DNA from: Actinomycetes bacterium
GTDB taxonomy: Bacteria; Actinomycetota; Actinomycetes; Actinomycetales; Cellulomonadaceae
Assembly: GCA_023389455.1 (NCBI GenBank)
Contig: JAEWEJ010000422.1
Location: forward strand, 1-42,165
DNA: 42,165 nucleotides
Reading direction: 5' to 3'
Below are positions 19,101-26,930 of this stretch, piece after piece. The translations under genes and the position numbers were made by a program. The notes below the pieces were generated by a model that was not told the DNA's origin, ran no database searches, and saw only the letters and a list, made by a program, of their open reading frames with translations. The stretch's first letter is position 1; each line of letters begins with the position of its first letter.

Positions 19101-19925
19101 TCCTCGCTGTCGGAGTACGCGGCCCTCGGGTTCGAGTACGGCTACTCCGTGGAGCGCCCCGACGCGCTGGTGCTCTGGGAGGCGCAGTTCGGCGACTTCG
19201 TCAACGGCGCGCAGACGGTCATCGACGAGTTCATCTCCTCCGCGCAGCAGAAGTGGGCGCAGCGCTCGTCGGTCGTGCTGCTGCTCCCCCACGGCTACGA
19301 GGGGCAGGGGCCGGACCACTCGTCCGCGCGCATCGAGCGCTTCCTGCAGCTCGCCGCCGAGGACAACATGACCATCGCGCAGCCGTCGACACCCGCGTCG
19401 CACTTCCACCTGCTGCGCCGTCAGGCGTACGAGCGGCCGCGCCGGCCGCTGGTGGTGTTCACGCCGAAGTCGATGCTGCGCCTGAAGGCCGCGACGTCGG
19501 ACGTGCAGGACCTCACGTCCGGCACGTTCCGCACGGTGGTCGGCGACGACCTCGCGGCGGCGAAGGGCGACCAGGTGACGCGGGTGCTGCTCTGCTCGGG
19601 CAAGGTCTACTGGGACCTGCTGGCGCACCGGGTGTCCTCCGGGGACCAGGAGACCGCCATCGTGCGCTTCGAGCAGCTGTACCCGCTGGACCCCGACGCG
19701 ATCGAGCGGGCTCTCGCGCCGTACGGCGACGCGGAGCTGGTGTGGGTGCAGGACGAGCCGCGCAACCAGGGGCCGTGGACCTTCATGTCCACGCACCTGC
19801 CGCAGGTGGCGGGCCGGACCGTGCGGGTCGTGTCCCGCCCGGAGTCGGCCTCCCCGGCGGCGGGGTCGGCCAAGAAGCACGCCACCGAGCAGAAGGCCCT
19901 CATCGAGGCCGCCTTCCAGCGCTGA
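16179..19925 (+). CDS. kgd: Multifunctional 2-oxoglutarate decarboxylase/dehydrogenase (E2-E1 fusion; Kgd/OdhA/SucA)
   Basis: [13 protein letters not shown]-terminus, acyltransferase domain ([10 protein letters not shown]), [18 protein letters not shown], ThDP motif [10 protein letters not shown]...NNQ and [15 protein letters not shown]. Start approximate. Confidence 0.97.
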   Translation: MTQNAQSDSTRADFGANEWLVDELYEQYQKDRHAVDPAWWDFFEGYKPETRGAATNGDAHRTSPPGGQSNGTAPTPAAAPAPAPAPVAPPVEVTPSPVATAQPATAPYAEVATRIADTQEPDARPVDDVQKLRGPAARVVTNMESSLEVPTATSVRAIPAKLMVDNRIVINNHLARGRGGKVSFTHLIGFAMVEAVREMPAMNSSYTLVDGKPGVLSPAHVNLGLAIDLAKPDGTRQLLVPSIKKAETLDFAQFWTAYEDVVRRARNNKLTVDDFAGTTISLTNPGTIGTVHSVPRLMQGQGTIVGVGAMDYPAEFAGTSDEQLNRMGVSKVLTVTSTYDHRIIQGAQSGDFLRILSRKLLGEDGFYDRVFAALRVPYEPVRWVRDANHDPDAEAIKPARVAELIHAYRSRGHLMADTDPLAYRQRKHPDLDVQNHGLTLWDLDRTFPTGGFTGKTRATLRDVLGLLRDSYCRTVGAEYMHLQDPRQRRWLQERLESGYARTPREDQLRILRRLNAAEAFETFLQTKFVGQKRFSLEGGESLIPLLDAILSRAADGGLDEVGIGMAHRGRLNVLANIAGKSYGQIFSEFEGNQDPKSVQGSGDVKYHLGTEGVFTAESGATTAVYLAANPSHLEAVDPVLEGIVRAKQDRIDLGGDGFSVLPILIHGDAAFAGQGVVFETLNLAQLRGYRTGGTIHVIVNNQVGFTTGPSSSRSSQYATDVAKGLQVPIFHVNGDDPEAVVRVAELAFEYREQFDRDVIIDMVCYRRRGHNEGDDPSMTQPLMYNLIEAKRSVRKIYTETLVARGDITLEEAEQALRDYQSQLERVFTETREDGWTPPPADVETVAGLERPESQQEDAGVMVGWQTAVPASILQRIGQAHVSPPEGFTVHPKLAQLLEKRERMSREGGIDWGYGEILAFGSLLIEGTPVRLAGQDSRRGTFVQRHAVLHDRETGAEWTPLLYLSGDQAKFWVYDSSLSEYAALGFEYGYSVERPDALVLWEAQFGDFVNGAQTVIDEFISSAQQKWAQRSSVVLLLPHGYEGQGPDHSSARIERFLQLAAEDNMTIAQPSTPASHFHLLRRQAYERPRRPLVVFTPKSMLRLKAATSDVQDLTSGTFRTVVGDDLAAAKGDQVTRVLLCSGKVYWDLLAHRVSSGDQETAIVRFEQLYPLDPDAIERALAPYGDAELVWVQDEPRNQGPWTFMSTHLPQVAGRTVRVVSRPESASPAAGSAKKHATEQKALIEAAFQR

Positions 19926-19930
19926 GGCAC

Positions 19931-19979
19931 GACGACGGGCCGGCGCTCCCCTCGACGGGGGTGCCGGCCCGTCGCCGTC
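19931..19979 (+). terminator. Hairpin downstream of kgd, probably bidirectional
   Basis: gacgacgggccggc...gccggcccgtcgccgtc inverted repeat. Confidence 0.7.
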
Positions 19980-20038
19980 CGGGCCGCGTCCGGCGAGTCC
20001 CGCCCGCGACGGGCGAGGCCGGGCCGCGAACGGGGAGG

Positions 20039-21007
20039 TCAGGCCGGCTGCTCCGCCGGCGCGGACGTGAAGCGGCGGCGGTAGGACAGGGGCGTGGTGC
20101 CCAGGGTGCGGGCGAAGTGGTGCCGCAGCAGCGCCGCGGTCCCGAAGCCCGAGCGTCGTGCGACCTCCTCGACGGGGACGTCGGTGCGCTCGAGCAGCTC
20201 CTGCGCGCGTGCCACGCGCTGCCGGGCCACCCACGCCGCGGGCGTCGCGCCCGTCTCGGCGCGGAACCGGCGCGCGAAGGTCCGCTCCGACATCAGGGCA
20301 CGCGCCGCCAGGGCGGGCACCCCGAGGTCCTCCTCGAGGTGCTCGAGCATCCAGGCGAGCAGCGGGGCCAGCGTGTCGGCCTGCGGGGGCAGCGGCGTGG
20401 CGACGTACTGCGCCTGCCCGCCGTCGCGCTGCGGCGGCACCACCATGCGCCGGGCCACGCTCGTCGCCGCCGCCGCACCGAGCTCGCGGCGCACCAGGTG
20501 CAGGCACGCGTCGATCCCGGCGGCGGTCCCGGCGCCGGTGATGATGCGCCCGTCCTCGACGAACAGGACGTCAGGGTCCACGGTGGCCGACGGGAAGGCC
20601 GCCGCGAGCGCCGCCGCGTGCATCCAGTGCGTGGTGCAGCGACGGCCGTCGAGGAGACCGGCCTCCCCCAGGGCGAACGCCCCGCTGCAGATGCTGAGCA
20701 CCCACGCCCCTCGCTCGTGCGCGTCCCGCAGCGCCTGGAGGACCACCTCGGGCACTCCGGCGGGCGGCATGCCGTAGGCGGGGACGACCACGAGGTGGGC
20801 GTCCCGCAGCGCCTCGAGCCCGTGCTCGACGACGATCGAGAACCCACCCTTGGTCGGCACCACGGCGCCCGGGTCCGTCCCGCAGACCCGGAAGTCGAAC
20901 GTGGGGCCGCCGGTGTCGGACCGGTCGATGCCGAAGACCTCGCAGGCGGTGCCGAGCTCGAACGCGGCGACGTTCGGCAGGGCGAGGGCGACCACGGTAC
21001 GGAGCAC
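20039..21007 (-). CDS. GlxA/FtrA-family regulator (DJ-1/PfpI + AraC HTH)
   Basis: SICSGAFALGEAGLLDGRRCTTHW, TGAGTAAGIDACLH, RDGGQAQY and MSERTFARRF. Confidence 0.94.
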   Translation of the reverse strand: MLRTVVALALPNVAAFELGTACEVFGIDRSDTGGPTFDFRVCGTDPGAVVPTKGGFSIVVEHGLEALRDAHLVVVPAYGMPPAGVPEVVLQALRDAHERGAWVLSICSGAFALGEAGLLDGRRCTTHWMHAAALAAAFPSATVDPDVLFVEDGRIITGAGTAAGIDACLHLVRRELGAAAATSVARRMVVPPQRDGGQAQYVATPLPPQADTLAPLLAWMLEHLEEDLGVPALAARALMSERTFARRFRAETGATPAAWVARQRVARAQELLERTDVPVEEVARRSGFGTAALLRHHFARTLGTTPLSYRRRFTSAPAEQPA

Positions 21008-21027
21008 GCCTCACCGTGGCACACGGT

Positions 21028-21100
21028 TGGCAGAATCTCAATGCCCGGCGACAGAACTGCCACTCGTGGCGCGATACGCATGAGCGCAGAGTTTCTGCCA
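21028..21100. promoter_or_regulatory. TGGCAG/CTGCCA repeats in the divergent promoter (candidate operator)
   Basis: TGGCAG at 21028-21033; CTGCCA at 21057-21062 and 21095-21100. Confidence 0.6.
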
Positions 21101-21258
21101 TGGATCTCCTCTGGCTCGTGCTCACGCTCCTCCTCGCGGCCCTGTGGGTCGCCTGGCTCGTCCGCGTCGTCCGCCGGGACGGCCTGGGTCACCGCGAGCC
21201 GCCCCCCTCGCACCCCCACGAGACGCAACCGGCCCTCACCCAGGTGCTCGCCCGGTGA
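21100..21258 (+). CDS. Small (52 aa) single-TM membrane protein
   Basis: MDLLWLVLTLLLAALWVAWLVRVVRRDGLGHREPPPSHPHETQPALTQVLAR; GC3-biased codons; divergent from the regulator. Confidence 0.7.
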   Translation: MDLLWLVLTLLLAALWVAWLVRVVRRDGLGHREPPPSHPHETQPALTQVLAR

Positions 21259-21391
21259 CGACGCACGGCCGACGTCACCGGCGACACGCGTGCGTCCCGC
21301 ACGACGAACGGGGGGACCCCGCGCCCTGCGCCTGAGAGACTGTGGCCGGCGAGCACCGGACCGTCCGGCGCCGCGGGCACAGGCAGGAGTG

Positions 21392-21997
21392 ATGGGCGTG
21401 GGTGAGCTGCCGCTGCGTCTCGCGGTCGTCGGGGACGAGCTGGTGGCCGGCGCGGGCGACCCGAAGGGTCTCGGCTGGGTCGGGCGCGTCACGGCACGGA
21501 CCAGCACGCCGGACCCGCTGACCGTCCTCACGCTCGCCGTGCCGGGCGAGACCAGCACGGAGCTCGGCGCACGCTGGGACGGCGAGGTGACCCGCCGGCT
21601 GTCGCCGGACGCCGACAACCGTCTGGTCGTCGCGCTGGGCCGGGCGGACATCGGCGCGGGCCTCTCGCTGGCACGCAGCCGGCTCAACCTGGCGAACATC
21701 CTCGACGTCGCCGACCAGCGCCGGATCCCCGCGTTCGTCGTGGGGCCGCCGCCCGGGCCGGCGCACGACGGGGACCGGCTGGCCGAGCTCTCGGCCGCGC
21801 TCGGCGACGTGGCCTCGCGCCGCCGCGTGCCGTACGTGGACATGTACTCGCCGCTCGCCGCGCACGACCAGTGGCTCGCGGACATGGCGACGTCACCCCA
21901 CCACCTGCCCGGCCAGGCCGGCTACGGCCTCATGGCCTGGCTCGTGCTGCACACCGGCTGGCACACCTGGCTCGACCTGCCGGACGACGGCGCCTGA
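21392..21997 (+). CDS. SGNH/GDSL hydrolase-like protein with degenerate catalytic motifs
   Basis: VVGDELVAGAGDPKGLGWVGRV, LAVPGETS and VVGPPP; AGGAG RBS. Confidence 0.85.
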   Translation: MGVGELPLRLAVVGDELVAGAGDPKGLGWVGRVTARTSTPDPLTVLTLAVPGETSTELGARWDGEVTRRLSPDADNRLVVALGRADIGAGLSLARSRLNLANILDVADQRRIPAFVVGPPPGPAHDGDRLAELSAALGDVASRRRVPYVDMYSPLAAHDQWLADMATSPHHLPGQAGYGLMAWLVLHTGWHTWLDLPDDGA

Positions 21998-22045
21998 CCC
22001 GGGCACTCCCCGCCACGGCGGGTGCGCCCGGGGGGCCGACCGCAG

Positions 22046-22651
22046 TCAGCGCAGCGTCGAGCGCATCGTCCGCAGCGCGGTGTCCAGCACCGTGCGCAGC
22101 GTCTCGACCGTGAGCTCGTCGACCCCGGCGCCGGCGTCCGCGCGGCGCAGGTCCGCGCGCACCTCGTCACTGAAGCGGCGCACGACGGCCTCCGCCTCGA
22201 CGCGACGCCGGTGCGACGCCGTCCGCAGCGGGTCGGGTGCACCGGACGGGGGCGCAGCGGCGTCCCTGGCCCGCTGCGCCGCTGACGCCAGGTCGGCGCG
22301 CAGCCCGCGCATCGCCGCCTGGACGTCCTGGCGGACCTGGGACGCCTGGGCCCGGACGGACTCCGAGATCTCGGCCTCCAGGTGCGCCAGGTCGCCACGG
22401 CGCGCGTCGAGCTCGGCACGGCCGGCGTCGGTCAGGGTGTACGTCGACTTGCGGCCCTCGTCCGTGCGCCGCACGAGACCCTCCTCCTCGAGCCGCGCGA
22501 GCCGCGGGTACACCGTGCCGGCGCTCGGCCGGTAGGTGCCGCCGAAGCGGTCGCTGAGGGCGGTGATCAGCTCGTAGCCGTGCCGGGCACCGTCCTCGAG
22601 GAGCGCCAGCAGGTACAGCCGCAGCTGGCCGTGGGCGAAGACCGGGGGCAT
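22046..22651 (-). CDS. PadR-family transcriptional regulator
   Basis: FAHGQLRLYLLALL...HGYELI...YRPSAGTVYPRLARLEEEGLV...YTLTDAGR. Confidence 0.94.
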   Translation of the reverse strand: MPPVFAHGQLRLYLLALLEDGARHGYELITALSDRFGGTYRPSAGTVYPRLARLEEEGLVRRTDEGRKSTYTLTDAGRAELDARRGDLAHLEAEISESVRAQASQVRQDVQAAMRGLRADLASAAQRARDAAAPPSGAPDPLRTASHRRRVEAEAVVRRFSDEVRADLRRADAGAGVDELTVETLRTVLDTALRTMRSTLR

Positions 22652-23559
22652 CAGGCCCGCCCGTCCGTCGCGGCGTCGTCGACCACGTCGTCGATCGCGG
22701 CGTCGCCGGCCACGACGGTCGCCGCCACGTCGTCGACCACGCCGTCCGCCACGGGCGCCCGGAGCACCGTGACGTGCCCGGTCACCGTTGTCGCGGACAG
22801 GAACGTGCCGCCCTCGCCGGAGTCGAGCTCGACGGTGCGGTGCCCCGGCCCGGTGCCCTTGTACTCCTGCCCGTCGACGACGAGCCGCCCCGAGACGGAC
22901 TGGGCGCGCACCCGCAGCCCCGCACCCTCGGGCACGCGGACCGTGAGGTCGCCGGACACCGTCGTGACGGTGAGCGAGGACGCACCCGGGCCCACGTCGA
23001 GCGAGACGGCGCCGGACACGGAGTTGCCCTGGACCAGCGTCAGCTCCCCGGACGCGGCGAACTCCCCCGACACGGTGTTGAACCGCACGTCGCCGTCGTG
23101 GCGCCGCACGACCATCTCCCCCGACACCGTGTTGGCCGACAGCCGGCCGTGCACGTCGTCCACGACCGTGGAGCCCGAGACGGTGGAGACCGAGGCGTCC
23201 TCGCGCAGCCCTGCGACGAGCCCGTCCGCGCTGACGGTGCCGACCTTGGCCATCACGTCGCGCGGCACGGCCACGTGCACGTCGGCCCGGTCCTTGTCCT
23301 GGAAGTTGCGGAACTTCTCGACGAAGCCCTCCCAGCCGCCGAGCGTGAAGCTGTACCCCACGCGCAGCTCGCCGTCCGAGAGCGTGACCTCCAGCGGGCG
23401 GCCGTCGACGCGGTGCACCTCGAGCCGCGCGTCCCGGCGCGACGGGTCCTCGTGGGCGACGACGTCGACCCGCCCGCCCACCAGCCCGACGCGCAGCGCG
23501 CGGACGTCCTCGACCTCGATCACCTGCGGGCCGGCGACGACCCAGGACTCCGTGGACAT
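22651..23559 (-). CDS. DUF4097 beta-strand repeat protein
   Basis: Repeated TVSG/SVSG units; TGGAGGAG RBS; coupled to padR. Confidence 0.88.
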   Translation of the reverse strand: MSTESWVVAGPQVIEVEDVRALRVGLVGGRVDVVAHEDPSRRDARLEVHRVDGRPLEVTLSDGELRVGYSFTLGGWEGFVEKFRNFQDKDRADVHVAVPRDVMAKVGTVSADGLVAGLREDASVSTVSGSTVVDDVHGRLSANTVSGEMVVRRHDGDVRFNTVSGEFAASGELTLVQGNSVSGAVSLDVGPGASSLTVTTVSGDLTVRVPEGAGLRVRAQSVSGRLVVDGQEYKGTGPGHRTVELDSGEGGTFLSATTVTGHVTVLRAPVADGVVDDVAATVVAGDAAIDDVVDDAATDGRA

Positions 23560-23570
23560 GAGCTCCTCCA

Positions 23571-23609
23571 ACGCGATATGTCGTGTGATGCGAACACGCT
23601 ATATCGCGA
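23571..23609. promoter_or_regulatory. Two imperfect palindromes with a CGATATATCG-like core (candidate PadR operator)
   Basis: ACGCGATATGTCGTGT (23571-23586) and ACACGCTATATCGCGA (23594-23609) are near-inverted copies (13/16). Confidence 0.7.
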
Positions 23610-23674
23610 GATTGCCCAGCACAACACCCCGCGACGGCCGGCGACCCGGAGGTCACCGGCCGTCCCCCGGCACG

Positions 23675-24763
23675 TCAGCCGACGATGCCGGCCCCACGCA
23701 GCTCGACGGTCAGGTCGTGCGGGTTGGACGCCACCGCGAGCGCCTCCTCGTACGTCACCACGCCGTCGCGGACCATCGCGAACAGGTGCTGGTCGAACGT
23801 CTGCATCTTGTAGAAGTCGCCCTCCCGGATGAGGTCGGAGAGCGGGGGGTTCTCCTGCGGCTCCACGATGGCCTCGGCCGTCCGCCCCGTGTTCACCATG
23901 ACCTCGACCGCCGCCTGCCGCCCGCTGCCGTTCGCCTTGCGGACCAGGCGCTGCGAGACGATCCCCCGCAGCGTCTGGGACAGCGCGATGCGGACCTGCT
24001 GCTGCTCGTGCGGCGGGAAGAAGTCGACGATCCGGTTGATCGACTCCGCGACGTCGATCGTGTGCAGCGTGGACAGCACGAGGTGCCCGGTCTCGGCCGC
24101 CGAGAGGGCGGCACGCACGGTCTCCACGTCGCGCATCTCGCCGACGAGGATGACGTCGGGGTCCTGGCGCATGGCCGCACGCAGCGCGACCGTGAAGTCC
24201 GCCGTGTCCTGGTGCACCTCGCGCTGCGAGACGATCGCCTTCTTGTCGGAGTGCAGGATCTCGATCGGGTCCTCGATCGTGACGATGTTGACCTCGCGGT
24301 ACGAGTTGATGAGGTCGACCATCGAGGCGAGGGTCGTGGTCTTGCCCGAGCCCGTGGGGCCGGTGACCAGCACGAGCCCGCGCGGCTCCAGGGCGAGCTC
24401 GCCGACGACCTCGGGCAGGCCCAGCTCGGCCAGCGACTGCGCGCCGACCGCGACCCGCCGGAACACGATGCCGAACGTCCCGCGCGCCTGGTAGGCGTTG
24501 ACACGGAACCGACCGACCCCCGACAGGGAGTAGGCGAAGTCCGCCTCCTTCGTCTCACGGAACCGCGCGACCAGGTCGTCCGGCAGGACCTCCCCGATCA
24601 TGTGCTCCGTGTCCAGCGGACGCAGCTCGGGTGCCTGGAGCTTGCGCAGGCGTCCGTCGACCCGCACGCGCGGGCACGAGCCGACCTTGCAGTGCAGGTC
24701 GGAGCCCCCGGTGCTGGCCAGGGCGTGCAGGAACGGGATCACGGACTGGGGCTGCTGGGTCAC
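23675..24763 (-). CDS. pilT: Type IV pilus retraction ATPase, PilT family
   Basis: GSDLH, RFRVNAY, GPTGSGKTTTL, TIEDPIE, SQREV, RQDPDVILVGEMRD, ETGHLVLSTLHT and MQTFDQHL. Confidence 0.93.
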   Translation of the reverse strand: MTQQPQSVIPFLHALASTGGSDLHCKVGSCPRVRVDGRLRKLQAPELRPLDTEHMIGEVLPDDLVARFRETKEADFAYSLSGVGRFRVNAYQARGTFGIVFRRVAVGAQSLAELGLPEVVGELALEPRGLVLVTGPTGSGKTTTLASMVDLINSYREVNIVTIEDPIEILHSDKKAIVSQREVHQDTADFTVALRAAMRQDPDVILVGEMRDVETVRAALSAAETGHLVLSTLHTIDVAESINRIVDFFPPHEQQQVRIALSQTLRGIVSQRLVRKANGSGRQAAVEVMVNTGRTAEAIVEPQENPPLSDLIREGDFYKMQTFDQHLFAMVRDGVVTYEEALAVASNPHDLTVELRGAGIVG

Positions 24764-24911
24764 GGGGACGTTATCGGGATCGCGGACCCGCCACTTGAGC
24801 GGCGGCCCGCACCGCAGGACGGCGCGCGGGGGGCGCGCGGTGTGGGACCATGGAACGACATCCCCGGTGCGTGCCGTTCTGCGCGCGCGCCGCGACCCGA
24901 GGAGAACCACG

Positions 24912-24986
24912 ATGAGCAAGCGTGGCCGCAAGCGTCGCTCCCGCAAGGGGAACGCCGCCAACCACGGCAAGCGTCCCAACGCCTGA
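24912..24986 (+). CDS. 50S ribosomal protein bL37 (actinobacterial)
   Basis: MSKRGRKRRSRKGNAANHGKRPNA, 24 aa; GAGGAG RBS; lies next to the anti-sigma gene as in other actinobacteria. Confidence 0.93.
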   Translation: MSKRGRKRRSRKGNAANHGKRPNA

Positions 24987-25006
24987 GCGTTCGACGCCGT
25001 GACGTC

Positions 25007-25042
25007 GCGAGGGGCCCGGAGCAGTCGCTCCGGGCCCCTCGC
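25007..25042. terminator. Strong hairpin between convergent bL37 and rsrA
   Basis: gcgaggggcccggagc-agtc-gctccgggcccctcgc, a perfect 16-bp stem. Confidence 0.85.
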
Positions 25043-25066
25043 CGTCCGTCGGGTGCGGTGCGGTCG

Positions 25067-25390
25067 CTAGGCCTCGGTGCCCGGCGTCGTGCGCAGGCGC
25101 AGGACGGTCAGCTGCTCGCGGATCCGCAGCCGCAGCCCCGCCGGCGCCTCCTCCTGGCAGCAGCGCCGCACGAGCTGCTTCATGACGAGCTCGATCTGCT
25201 CCTCCTCGAGGCACTGCGCGCACTCGTGCAGGTGCGCCTCGACACGGTCCCGGTCCAGCTCGCCCAGCTCGGAGTCGACGTACTCCCACAGCCGCTCGAC
25301 GGCCTCGTCGCAGCCGCAGGGCGTGCCCGCGGGCGCCTGCGCGGACGGGTCCTGCGCGACGTCGGCCGGGCCGTCCTCGACCCCGCTCAC
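25067..25390 (-). CDS. rsrA: Zinc-binding redox anti-sigma factor RsrA/RshA
   Basis: CGC...[12 protein letters not shown] motif [12 protein letters not shown] and APAGLRLRI. Confidence 0.93.
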   Translation of the reverse strand: MSGVEDGPADVAQDPSAQAPAGTPCGCDEAVERLWEYVDSELGELDRDRVEAHLHECAQCLEEEQIELVMKQLVRRCCQEEAPAGLRLRIREQLTVLRLRTTPGTEA

Positions 25391-26037
25391 CGGGCACCGT
25401 CCGGTGCGACCGGCGCCGCGCCGGCGAGGCCACGTCCGCGGGCGTAGTCGGACAGGAGCTCACGCAGCTGAGCGCGGCCCCGGTGCAGGCGCGACATCAC
25501 CGTCCCGATCGGTGTGCCCATGATCTCGGCGATCTCCTTGTACGCGAAGCCCTCGACGTCCGCGAGGTACACCGCGATGCGGAAGTCCTCGGGGATCTGC
25601 TGCAGCGCGTCCTTGACGTCGGAGTCCGGCAGGTGGTCCAGCGCCTCCGCCTCGGCGGACCGCAGCCCACGCGAGGTGTGCGACTCGGCCCGCGCCAGCT
25701 GCCAGTCCTCGATCTCCTCGGACCGGGACTGCTGCGGCTCACGCTGCTTCTTGCGGTACGTGTTGATGTACGTGTTGGTGAGGATCCGGTACAGCCAGGC
25801 CTTGAGGTTCGTGCCCGGGCGGTACTGGTGGAAGGCGGCGAACGCCTTGGTGAACGCCTCCTGGACCAGGTCCTCGGCGTCGGCCGGGTTGCGGGTCATC
25901 CGCAGCGCGGCGCCGTACAGCTGGTCGAGGTACACCAGCGCCTCGGCCTCGAAGCGCTCGCTGCGAGCGGCGTCGTCCTCGCCCGCAGGGGCACGGGTGG
26001 TGCCCTCGCCGTCGTCGACCTCGGGGTGCTCGCTCAT
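25387..26037 (-). CDS. sigR: ECF sigma factor SigR/SigH (in-frame longer start at 26223)
   Basis: [49 protein letters not shown] and [13 protein letters not shown]; overlaps rsrA. Confidence 0.96.
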   Translation of the reverse strand: MSEHPEVDDGEGTTRAPAGEDDAARSERFEAEALVYLDQLYGAALRMTRNPADAEDLVQEAFTKAFAAFHQYRPGTNLKAWLYRILTNTYINTYRKKQREPQQSRSEEIEDWQLARAESHTSRGLRSAEAEALDHLPDSDVKDALQQIPEDFRIAVYLADVEGFAYKEIAEIMGTPIGTVMSRLHRGRAQLRELLSDYARGRGLAGAAPVAPDGAR

Positions 26038-26231
26038 CACCCCTGAGCCTAGTGCTCCGACCGCAGCACCACGCGCGCGGGGCGACGGGCCCCAGGGCGC
26101 GACGGCGTACGGCGGGCCGGGCCGCAGCGGGGCGACGCCGGGCGTCACGGCGGCGTGCTCGGGCACGACACCGGGCACGGCGACGGCCACGGGGGCCGGC
26201 GGACTCGCGAGGGCACAGCTCATGACCCGTG

Positions 26232-26259
26232 CAACACCACCGTGCCACGCGGTCATTCC
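26232..26259 (-). promoter_or_regulatory. SigR/SigH-dependent autoregulatory promoter
   Basis: GGAAT-N19-GTTG, 8 nt before the in-frame ATG at 26223. Confidence 0.8.
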
Positions 26260-26344
26260 CGGCGGTGCGCGCGCCTCCTGCGGCCGACGACACTAGCGTG
26301 GAGGTACCGCCCCACCCGCGGTGCCGTCGTCCTGGAGGAAGCCC

Positions 26345-26896
26345 GTGCTGCTGCGTCGGATCGCCCGCCCCCTGTTCGCGTCGTGGTTCGTGAGCCAAGG
26401 GCTCGACGCGCTGCGTCATCCCGGCGCCCACGCCGCGGTGATGCGCCACGGGCTCGACGGGCTGCGCGGCCGGGTGCCGGACGCCGCGCGCACCTCGGCC
26501 CCCGCGCCGGTCGCCAAGGCGCTGGACGGTGACCTGAGCGACAAGCAGCTCGCGACGCTCGCGCAGGCGCACGGCGCGGCGATGCTCGTCGCCGGCACCA
26601 TGCTCGCGGTCGGTCGCGCACCGCGGACCGCGGCGCTGGCACTGGCCGGGCTCACCCTCCCGCTCGTGCTCGTGGACCTGCCGCTCGGCCGGCGCGGCAC
26701 GCTCACGGCCGAGGAGCGCACGGCGCGCAAGGAGCGCCTGGTCCGGGCCCTGTCGTTCACCGGCGGCGCGGTGCTCGCGGGGATCGACCTCGAGGGCCGT
26801 CCCGGGGTGTCCTGGCGCGTGCAGCACGCGATGGTCGACCGTGCCGCCGTGAAGGCGGCCCGTGCCGCCGAGGCCGCCAAGCACGTGGACGACTGA
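26345..26896 (+). CDS. DoxX-family membrane protein
   Basis: LLRRIARPLFASWFVSQGLDALRHP and GGAVLAGIDLEGRPGVSWR; GGAGGAA RBS. Confidence 0.85.
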   Translation: MLLRRIARPLFASWFVSQGLDALRHPGAHAAVMRHGLDGLRGRVPDAARTSAPAPVAKALDGDLSDKQLATLAQAHGAAMLVAGTMLAVGRAPRTAALALAGLTLPLVLVDLPLGRRGTLTAEERTARKERLVRALSFTGGAVLAGIDLEGRPGVSWRVQHAMVDRAAVKAARAAEAAKHVDD

Positions 26897-26930
26897 CGTG
26901 CCCCTGCGGCGACGCGGCTAGCCTGGCCGC

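Noticed and set aside
16197..20507. 1436-aa minus-strand ORF and other long antisense or alternate-frame ORFs (e.g. 10593-13592, 22382-25447, 7129-9144, 32233-34209)
   Set aside because: Shadow ORFs from stop-codon scarcity in very GC-rich DNA. They lie opposite or over well-supported genes and show no family motifs.
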